A stretch of DNA of 64,000 nt, taken from positions 1 through 64,000 of IMG/VR virus record IMGVR_UViG_3300027816_000052. One strand, 5' to 3'. This document shows, piece after piece, positions 1 to 7,400 of this stretch. Made by a program: the position numbers and the translations under genes. Below the pieces are notes generated by a model. It was given only the letters and a program-made list of their open reading frames with translations. It was not told the DNA's origin and searched no databases. The number at the start of each line of letters is the position of its first letter. Position 1 is the first letter of the stretch.

Positions 1-1
1 A

Positions 2-622
2 AAGAGAAGTTTTACATTTTCTCCGGGAGCATTTGCATCTTTTATAACATCATCATCAGGTGAAAGATTTGTTAAACATCTTAATAACAAATATGATGAG
101 ATTGTTGTTAATGGGGGTTTGGATTTAGAAAAAACACAAATTCAATCCTTACCGGATAATCTTCATGTTGAAGGGAGTATGTATTTAAATAGATGCAAAA
201 ATCTTCAATCCTTACCGGATAATCTTTATGTTGGGGGAAGTTTGGATTTAGGTTATACACCAATTCAATCCTTACCGGATAATCTTTATTTTGAAAAAGA
301 TTTGGATTTAGGAGGAACACCAATTCAATCCTTACCTGATAATCTTTATGTTGAAGGGAGTATGTATTTAAATAGATGCAAAAATCTTCAATCCTTACCG
401 GATAATCTTTATGTTGGGGGATATTTGAATTTACATGAAACACAAATTCAATCCTTACCGGATAATCTTTATGTTGGGGGATATCTAAATTTAGATAAAA
501 CACCAATTCAATCCTTGCCGGATAATCTTGATGTTAAAGGGGTAATTTATATTCGTGGAACACCATTAAAAGATAATGATGAATTGGTTGCGAAATATAG
601 GAAAAAATATAGGATTTTATAG
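2..622 (+). CDS. LRR-like repeat protein, 5'-truncated by the window edge
   Basis: 20/21-aa repeats IQSLPDNLxVxGxLxLxxT. The frame is open back to position 2, and nt 1-118 closely match the 5' part of paralog 42879..43697. Confidence 0.85.
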   Translation, partial: KRSFTFSPGAFASFITSSSGERFVKHLNNKYDEIVVNGGLDLEKTQIQSLPDNLHVEGSMYLNRCKNLQSLPDNLYVGGSLDLGYTPIQSLPDNLYFEKDLDLGGTPIQSLPDNLYVEGSMYLNRCKNLQSLPDNLYVGGYLNLHETQIQSLPDNLYVGGYLNLDKTPIQSLPDNLDVKGVIYIRGTPLKDNDELVAKYRKKYRIL

Positions 623-634
623 AACTTTTTAATT

Positions 635-1114
635 ATGAAAAAGATTAAATTAACAGAATCCGACCTTTATAATATTATAGAGCGAGTTCTTCTTGAGCAA
701 GAGGAAAATAATAAACGTGTTTGGAATACAACTCCAGAACGTTTTATTATGGTTCTTAATAATGTTTTTAATGGAAATTCTGAAATGTTCAGAAAAATTC
801 TTAATAAAAAATATGATAACATTATTATTAATGAAGATTTGGATTTGAGTGAATCACGAATTAAAACCTTACCTGATAATCTTAAAGTTAAAGGTTATCT
901 TAATTTAAATTATACAAAAATAGAATCCTTACCGGATAATCTTCATGTTGAGGGGAATTTGTATTTAGCTTTTACACGAATTTATTCTTTACCGGATAAT
1001 CTTCGTGTTGGAGGTAAAATCTATATTCATGGAACACTATTAGTTAGAAATAGTGATTTAGTTGCGGAATATAGAAACAAACATAAAATTGAAGGATATT
1101 TTTGGTCATCATGA
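635..1114 (+). CDS. LRR-like repeat protein with MKKIKLTESDL leader
   Basis: Three LPDNLxVxGxLxL repeats; N-terminus shared with 26441..27148 and 42879..43697. Confidence 0.85.
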   Translation: MKKIKLTESDLYNIIERVLLEQEENNKRVWNTTPERFIMVLNNVFNGNSEMFRKILNKKYDNIIINEDLDLSESRIKTLPDNLKVKGYLNLNYTKIESLPDNLHVEGNLYLAFTRIYSLPDNLRVGGKIYIHGTLLVRNSDLVAEYRNKHKIEGYFWSS

Positions 1115-1506
1115 TATCAATAATAATTTTCATATTAATCGCATTATTTGCAAATAGAGAATCTTCTTTTGATTTTACCAAAATAAAAAATCATGAGAAA
1201 ATTAATCACATTCAATCATGGATATATCGAGCAACTTTTGTTATATTTATAATACTGCTTACGAACCTTTCAATCTTCAATAAAATAATTTTATCGATAG
1301 GTTCAGCATTTTTATTTTCATCAATATTCAGAGCAAGATTAAATCACAGAAGAAAAAAAGATTTAACATATATAAGCAATAGTAATTATTATGATTCATT
1401 TTTTATAAAACTTTTCCCAAAAAAACATGGTATGATGATATATGTTGTTGAAATCATTATCTTTGTAACCCCAACAATAATCTATATAGTAACAAACAAT
1501 GGATAA
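1102..1506 (+). CDS. Membrane protein, hypothetical
   Basis: Several hydrophobic segments; overlaps neighbours in operon fashion. Confidence 0.65.
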   Translation: MVIMISIIIFILIALFANRESSFDFTKIKNHEKINHIQSWIYRATFVIFIILLTNLSIFNKIILSIGSAFLFSSIFRARLNHRRKKDLTYISNSNYYDSFFIKLFPKKHGMMIYVVEIIIFVTPTIIYIVTNNG

Positions 1507-1750
1507 AAAAATATTATACTTTACAGCAGCATGGTGTGGACCATGTAGAGCAATGGCTCCAGCAATTGAAGAACTTTCATCGACTCTGAATATTGAAAAA
1601 ATTGATGTTGACTCAAAGGATGGTAGAATCTTTGATTATAAAATCAAAGCGGTCCCCTCTTTTGTGTTAGTTGACCAACAAAATAATGAATTAAAAAGAG
1701 TTGTCGGACTTCAATCAAAAGATACATTAAGAAATTTGTTTAACGATTAA
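1499..1750 (+). CDS. trxA: Thioredoxin
   Basis: YFTAAWCGPC active site and cis-Pro motif AVPSF. Confidence 0.92.
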   Translation: MDKKILYFTAAWCGPCRAMAPAIEELSSTLNIEKIDVDSKDGRIFDYKIKAVPSFVLVDQQNNELKRVVGLQSKDTLRNLFND

Positions 1751-1753
1751 AAA

Positions 1754-1930
1754 ATGTGGGTTATAGTTAAATTTATTAAAAATAAAGATGGAAAAGAACT
1801 TCCAGTAATTATTTTGGACTCTCAAGAAGAAATATTAGAATTTGAGAATGATGAGGACGCACAAAAACAAAAAAATTTGTTTTTGATTAATTCGGATTCT
1901 GGATATAGATATGAAGTAAAGAAAATTTAA
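1754..1930 (+). CDS. Small hypothetical protein (58 aa, not in ORF track)
   Basis: My translation MWVIVKFIKNKDGKELPVIILDSQEEILEF...YEVKKI; fills the gap between two co-oriented genes. Confidence 0.6.
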   Translation: MWVIVKFIKNKDGKELPVIILDSQEEILEFENDEDAQKQKNLFLINSDSGYRYEVKKI

Positions 1931-1936
1931 CTTCAT

Positions 1937-2131
1937 ATGGATGAATTAAAGAAAAAAATTAAAGAAAGTCACTATAGAAAATTTTTGGGTGTTGCACCTG
2001 AAGGTTTTATTATCATTCCTGAAGTGACATTTGAAAAATTAAAAGATTTTGATTTTTGGAAGGAATGGAAAAATAATCCTGAATATTTGAGGGAAGAAGC
2101 AATTAAAGACACTAAAGAAAATTTTTTTTAG
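1937..2131 (+). CDS. Hypothetical protein
   Basis: 64-aa ORF in operon context. Confidence 0.6.
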   Translation: MDELKKKIKESHYRKFLGVAPEGFIIIPEVTFEKLKDFDFWKEWKNNPEYLREEAIKDTKENFF

Positions 2132-2138
2132 AAAACAT

Positions 2139-2169
2139 TTGGAAGTTTGAAAAGAAGTATCTATCTTTG
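2139..2169 (+). promoter_or_regulatory. Bacteroidota sigma-70-type promoter for tRNA-Ile/Met
   Basis: TTG-N20-TATCTTTG matches the -33/-7 consensus (TTTG / TAnnTTTG). Confidence 0.8.
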
Positions 2170-2181
2170 TGTTGTTAAAAT

Positions 2182-2257
2182 GCTCCTATAGCTCAGTTGG
2201 TCAGAGCGCCAAGCTTATACCTTGGGTCTGTCACAGGTTCAAGTCCTGTTAGGAGTA
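2182..2257 (+). tRNA. tRNA-Ile(UAU)
   Basis: Cloverleaf: GCTCCTA/TAGGAGT; anticodon arm CCAAG-CTTATAC-CTTGG; T-arm ACAGG-TTCAAGT-CCTGT. Confidence 0.88.
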
Positions 2258-2265
2258 CGAAATAT

Positions 2266-2339
2266 TGTGGGGTGGAGCAGATGGTTAGCTCGGAGGTCTC
2301 ATAAATCTCAGGTCGCTGGTTCAAGTCCAGCCCCCGCAA
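2266..2339 (+). tRNA. tRNA-Met(CAU), fMet-like body
   Basis: TGTGGGG/CCCCGCA acceptor; GAGGT-CTCATAA-ATCTC anticodon arm; GCTGG-TTCAAGT-CCAGC T-arm. Confidence 0.9.
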
Positions 2340-2340
2340 C

Positions 2341-2438
2341 AAAATGTTGATTAGTAGTTTAGTGGTTGAACTAAAAAGAAAATCTGACGCTCAGTAGCAA
2401 TAAATACCACCAGTCAGCTTCGTTCTAATTAACATTTT
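2341..2438 (+). ncRNA. Candidate structured RNA with kissing-loop pseudoknot
   Basis: 14-bp closing helix, two internal hairpins, loop GTGGT complementary to ACCAC. Confidence 0.55.
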
Positions 2439-2480
2439 ATTTTTATTGTTCTTTGACATATTTATCTTAAAAAAATTAAT

Positions 2481-2684
2481 ATGCAAAAAATATCTTTTAT
2501 TAAATTTAATTTTAAAAATGGATTAATTCATTTATTGACATTATTTTTTGGTAGTTTAATATTATTACCAATAACAGGTAATGAGATTTTTGAATTTAAA
2601 ATTTGGTTCATTATTTTATTGTTTCTTAGTATCTTTATGACGTACTTCAATTATCGTGTTTGGAAAAAATTAAAAATTAAATAA
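2481..2684 (+). CDS. Small two-TM membrane protein
   Basis: Two hydrophobic helices; preceded by the ATATTTAT motif. Confidence 0.6.
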   Translation: MQKISFIKFNFKNGLIHLLTLFFGSLILLPITGNEIFEFKIWFIILLFLSIFMTYFNYRVWKKLKIK

Positions 2685-3348
2685 TAATTCTTTGATTTAT
2701 TATGTTTGTGATAATATCAAGATATTTTTGAGAGGTAATCTCTTTAAAATATTTTTGTGCTGATGTATCAATAACACAAAAATCAATTTTTGCGTCATGA
2801 CATGCTTTTGACTTTGATTTATCATTTTCTTGAATTTGATTTAATTTTTTAATGCCATAAATTGGTTCATAGTGAAAAATTCCATTAAGTTCAAATGCAA
2901 TATTTAATGATGGAATATAAATATCTAATTCTGAGTTAATAGCTAATTTATCATTAAATTTGATATCTAGGTTTGGGTATAAAAATTCTAACTGCGATTG
3001 AATCCAAATTTCAAGTTTTGATTTTCTGTTGCCGTGTTTTTTATTTTTATTGTTATATGTTGCGGCACAAGATTTCGAACAAAAATGATTTATAGATCTA
3101 GAAATTTGATTATTTGCTTTGATAAATTTTTTATCACAATTAGTACATGTAACCTCTTTTCTTTTTTTTGCTGACAAACCATTACATTGTATTGAACAAA
3201 AACGTAATTGATTTTTTTGTTTTTCAATATTATATTTAATATGTCTTTTTTCAATATAGAAAAAATTATCACAATATTCACATATTAATCTTAACTTATC
3301 AAAATGTTTTGCATTATAATAATCAAATTCTGAATACGCTTTTTTCAT
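2677..3348 (-). CDS. Putative homing endonuclease (Zn-finger repeats plus Vsr/DUF559-like PD-(D/E)xK domain)
   Basis: CxxC...FCSxxC repeats, then ELDIYIPSLNIAFELNGIFHY and a C-terminal K..K..AC motif. Confidence 0.7.
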   Translation of the reverse strand: MKKAYSEFDYYNAKHFDKLRLICEYCDNFFYIEKRHIKYNIEKQKNQLRFCSIQCNGLSAKKRKEVTCTNCDKKFIKANNQISRSINHFCSKSCAATYNNKNKKHGNRKSKLEIWIQSQLEFLYPNLDIKFNDKLAINSELDIYIPSLNIAFELNGIFHYEPIYGIKKLNQIQENDKSKSKACHDAKIDFCVIDTSAQKYFKEITSQKYLDIITNIINQRIII

Positions 3349-3414
3349 TTATACATATATTTATATATAAATATATTAAATTTAATTTTCGAATCTGAAG
3401 TACTTTGAAATTAT

Positions 3415-3499
3415 GGAGGATCCCACTGGCGCGGTACGTAGTCTTGAAAACTATGAGGTCGGTAATACCGATGTGAAGGTTCGAGTCCATCATCCTCCG
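3415..3499 (+). tRNA. tRNA-Ser(UGA)
   Basis: GGAGGAT/ATCCTCC; GTAGT-CTTGAAA-ACTAT; long variable arm; G73. Confidence 0.9.
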
Positions 3500-3510
3500 C
3501 TAGATAAAAT

Positions 3511-3541
3511 TTGGAAGTTTGAAATTTTAGTTGTATCTTTG
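3511..3541 (+). promoter_or_regulatory. Bacteroidota-type promoter for the ncRNA/tRNA-Thr/Gly operon
   Basis: TTG-N20-TATCTTTG. Confidence 0.8.
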
Positions 3542-3543
3542 TA

Positions 3544-3668
3544 GAGCGTGTGAAGCATGTGAGCTAAGTTATCGAGGTGCTTGGTACGATTCGCGGTCGT
3601 GTTGCGCTGGAAACCATCAAAGGTTAAAAGACGTGAAACCAAGTTAAATGGTAAAATCTGACACATTC
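3544..3668 (+). ncRNA. Candidate structured RNA upstream of tRNA-Thr
   Basis: GCTTGGT/ACCAAGT, ACGAT/GTCGT, TGG-AAA-CCA; imperfect closing stem GAGCGTGT/ACACATTC. Confidence 0.4.
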
Positions 3669-3682
3669 AGCCTTAAATTTAC

Positions 3683-3758
3683 GCCACTGTAGCTCAATTG
3701 GCAGAGCACTAGTTTTGTAAACTAGCGGTTAGCGGTTCGACTCCGCTCAGTGGCTCCA
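3683..3758 (+). tRNA. tRNA-Thr(UGU), CCA encoded
   Basis: GCCACTG/CAGTGGC; CTAGT-TTTGTAA-ACTAG; ends TCCA. Confidence 0.95.
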
Positions 3759-3777
3759 AGAGTTCTTTGAAAAAGTT

Positions 3778-3907
3778 TGAGAAAAAGCGGAAGTACGAAA
3801 GTACGGGAAGATTGTGATAAAAAGAACAAGGAAATAGTCCCTCCCATTGCAGTCACAAGCATAATTGGGTAGAGTGGAAAGGTGAGTCCACGAACCGCTT
3901 TTTCTCA
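3778..3907 (+). ncRNA. Candidate structured RNA A
   Basis: Perfect 13-bp closing helix TGAGAAAAAGCGG/CCGCTTTTTCTCA; GTAC-GAAA-GTAC and GTGGA/TCCAC hairpins. Confidence 0.65.
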
Positions 3908-3918
3908 TTTTACATGAA

Positions 3919-4097
3919 AATATAAAATTAGTGAGCAAAGAGAAAGTGACTTCACCAGTCAGCGTAGTATACAACGGAAGCACGGGCAAGAAAGTAGCAT
4001 GGTAGCTACCTGAAATAAAAATCGATTGCTGGGACAAAACTGAAAACGTTTAATTGGATACCCTTAAAATGAAGATATACCTCACTAACTTTATATT
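3919..4097 (+). ncRNA. Candidate structured RNA B
   Basis: 16/17-bp closing helix; internal TGACT/AGTCA and GTAGC/GCTAC hairpins. Confidence 0.65.
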
Positions 4098-4102
4098 AAA
4101 AA

Positions 4103-4246
4103 TTTGTGGTCAGTACGGATTGACGTACCTAGTAAGCTGGTAAATTACATTACGAAGAAACGCTGAAGCGACTAAGAAATGTACTAATATGTAATTATTA
4201 GTGGGTTGTTGTTAAGTCTTAGTATGTTAGTTTTTAACACCACAAA
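4103..4246 (+). ncRNA. Candidate structured RNA C, pseudoknotted
   Basis: TTTGTGGT/ACCACAAA closing stem, AATTACAT/ATGTAATT, loop-loop ACTAAGA/TCTTAGT. Confidence 0.6.
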
Positions 4247-4250
4247 AAAA

Positions 4251-4324
4251 GCGAGTGTAGCTTAGTTGATTAAAGCGCCGTCCTTCCAAGTCGGAGATCG
4301 TCAGTTTGAGTCTGACCACTCGCT
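4251..4324 (+). tRNA. tRNA-Gly(UCC)
   Basis: GCGAGTG/CACTCGC; loop CTTCCAA; U73; T-loop TTTGAGT slightly atypical. Confidence 0.88.
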
Positions 4325-4410
4325 CACTAATCCCCTCTAACCTCTGAAGAAATTCAAGTTATTGGGTAAAACAGTTTCTTTTCATATTTATAGAATAAAC
4401 ATCTATCAAT

Positions 4411-7400
4411 ATGATTAAGAAAATATTTTTATCATTAGCAATACTTGCTTCAATTTTAAGCAATGCTGCAACATATTATGTTTCACCAAACGGAAATGAT
4501 TCAAATAATGGGACTTCAATAACCACTCCGTGGAAAACAATAAGTAAAGTTAACACCAGACAATTAGTAGCTGGGGACCAAATTTTATTTGAACGAAATG
4601 GAACATACAGAGGTAATTTAACAATTAACTATTCGGGTACCGATGTCAACCCAATTCTAATTTCCACTTATGGTAGTGGAAATAACCCCATATTACTTGG
4701 TTCACAATTAATTTCAAACTGGATATTACATCAAGGAAATATTTGGAAGACTCAAGTAAATGCAACACAAGTTGTTCATTTGTTCTTCAATGACAGTTTA
4801 ATGCCAATTGCAAGATATCCAAATAATGGTTGGTTAAGAAATATACAAGGAACAAATTCTCAAATAACAGATAATCAATTAACACAACCAGCGAATTATT
4901 GGAATGGTAGTACAATGGTTATTCGTAGTTCTTCTTGGAGTTATGATACAAGTAGAGTTTTATCATATAGTCCGGGGGTTATTAACTTTAGACCTATTAG
5001 TTATAACTTAGGAAACAGTACGTGGGGTTATTTTATCCGAAATAAATTTCAAGAATTAGATGCCCCCGGTGAATGGTTTTTTGATAAGACCATCAACACA
5101 TTATATTTTTACTCCCCAACAGGAAACCCAAATTTAAACGCGATTGAAATAATAACAGCCAATCAATCAACAAATGGTGTAGGAATAAGGGTTACTTGGC
5201 AAAGAAATAATATTATTATTGAAAATCTTACAATTAATAAGTATGGTTATGCTGGTGTTAGCACAAGCGGTACATCTAATATAACTGTAAGAAATTGTAA
5301 TATTAGTCAATGTGATCATGGTATGTGGTTATATGGTAATAATCAAATTATTAGAAATAATTTCATCACAAAATGTCCCCAAATGGGTTTAAATGCTGTT
5401 TCTGGTGGAAGCCCAATTAGTTATGGAAACAACAATACATTTGAAGATAATACCATCCAAAATTGTGCATTATATCCCGGTCTTGGAAAAAGCTCATGGG
5501 GTTATTTCGGAATGACCGTCACTGGTTCCAATAATATAATAAGAAAAAATAATATTACAAATATTGGTTATATTGCATTATCTTTCGAATCAAACCCATT
5601 AATTGAAAATAACTTTATAAGTAATGCATGTTCAATTTTAAATGATGGTTCTGGTATTGCATTTGATAGAACAAATGGTGCTGTTATTAGAAATAACATT
5701 GTTTTAAATACAATTGGTAATATTGAAAGTTGTGCAACAAATACAACCAACTGTGACCCAAAAGGTAAAGGAATATATTTTGGAAATGTTAGCAATAAAA
5801 ATAATTTAGTTGATGGTAATACTGTCGCATATTGTAACGGTGCTGGTATTTGGTTTGATCATACTATGCTATCAGAAGGTAATCAAATTATTAATAATAC
5901 CTTATTTGGGAACAATTTATATCAATTAGGTATTTCAGATTTTTCAAACTATAATAGTCCCGGAGCAATTGCTCCTTATGCAGTTCCGGTGTATAGTAAC
6001 CAACTTGTTAGAAATAATATTTTTTATTCAAATAACCAACAACAGAAAACCATGTACCACATAAATAAGTGGTATTCTGGTGTTGATTTTGCAAATTTTA
6101 ATGAAAATAAATATATTAACCCTTGGGATACTGTTAGTATTCAAGTTTTTGATATAGCAAATAATGGTAATTCTTTAAATTATTCATTAAATCAATGGAA
6201 AAATGTTAGAGGTGATGACTCTTTATCTACAAACCAACCTTATCTCCCTCAATCCGAATCATCTGATCATATTTTGGTTTATAATAATCAAATAACAGAA
6301 CAATCAATTAGTTTACCAAGTGGTACTTGGTCAGATTTAAACGGTAATTTATATAATTCTTCAATTAATATACCAGCATTTGAATCAAAACCTTTATTTA
6401 ATTCATTATTACTTCCTCCACCACCCTCAACCCCAAGCACTATTGTTTCTTTATTGGTTCAAGCTAGTGTTAATTCAACAACACCATCAATTACACTTTC
6501 ATGGATTAGTTATTCCACTGCAACAGGTTATTCTGTGTTCAGAAAATTAAAAAATGCAACATCTTGGGGAAGCGCAATAGCTACCTTAGGGGGTAGTGCA
6601 ACTCAGTATGTTGATAATAACGTTTCTTTAAATACATATTATGAATATCGTGTTGTTAGAAACGCTTCTGTTGGTACTGCATATGGTTATGTTGCAACAG
6701 GTATTAATCTCAATACAATTGATTATAGAGGTAAGCTAATATTAGTTGTTGATAATACATTTACAAGTAGTTTATCTTCACAACTAACTCAATTACAAAA
6801 TGATCTAAAATTAGATGGTTGGAATGTTATTAGAGTTGATGTTTCAAGAACAACAACACCAGCGTCAGTAAAATCTCAAATACAGACAATTTACAATACT
6901 GATCCAACTAATGTAAAATCAGTTTTATTATTTGGGCATGTTCCGGTTTATCGTTCTGGTAATATTGCACCAGATGGACATAGTTTAATTCCTTGGGCAT
7001 GTGATTCCTATTATGGTGATATGAATGGTTCTTGGACAACACCTCCCACAGCATTACCTTCAGATTTGGAGTTACAAGTGGGGAGGATTGATTTATTTAA
7101 TTTACCCGCGTTTGGACAAACAGAACAACAATTATTGTCAAATTATTTAACTAAATTACATCAATTTAAAACAAAACAATTTACTCCTCAAAACAGAATG
7201 TTAATTCAGGATAATTTAACTTGGGTTAATAATCCACTAGCTGAAACTTCTTATAGAACTGGTGGTCCTTTAGTTGGTGAAGCAAATATTACAACAATAC
7301 CAGCAAATAATCAACCAAATTTTGTATCAAGAATGTCTGATGGTTGGTTATGGGGTTATTTTTCTGGTGGTGGAACATACAATTCCGCTGCTGGGATTGG

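Noticed and set aside
108-506. Minus-strand repeat ORF (HKDYPVRIE repeats), and likewise 43303..43575
   Set aside because: These are antisense shadows of the LRR-like repeats. The plus-strand frame has the conserved family leader and operon context.
1-622. Diversity-generating retroelement (TR/VR pair with 42879..43697)
   Set aside because: Differences between the copies are not adenine-specific (g/a, ag/tt, c/a, t/c), both copies are full genes, and no reverse transcriptase is in the window.
3747-4037. 96-aa minus-strand ORF
   Set aside because: Antisense to tRNA-Thr and the structured RNAs, with no plausible protein features.
3778-4246. RNase P RNA, SRP RNA or group I/II intron
   Set aside because: I could not find GAGGAAAGUCC/P4, the SRP GGAA-loop domain IV, or intron P7/domain V signatures.
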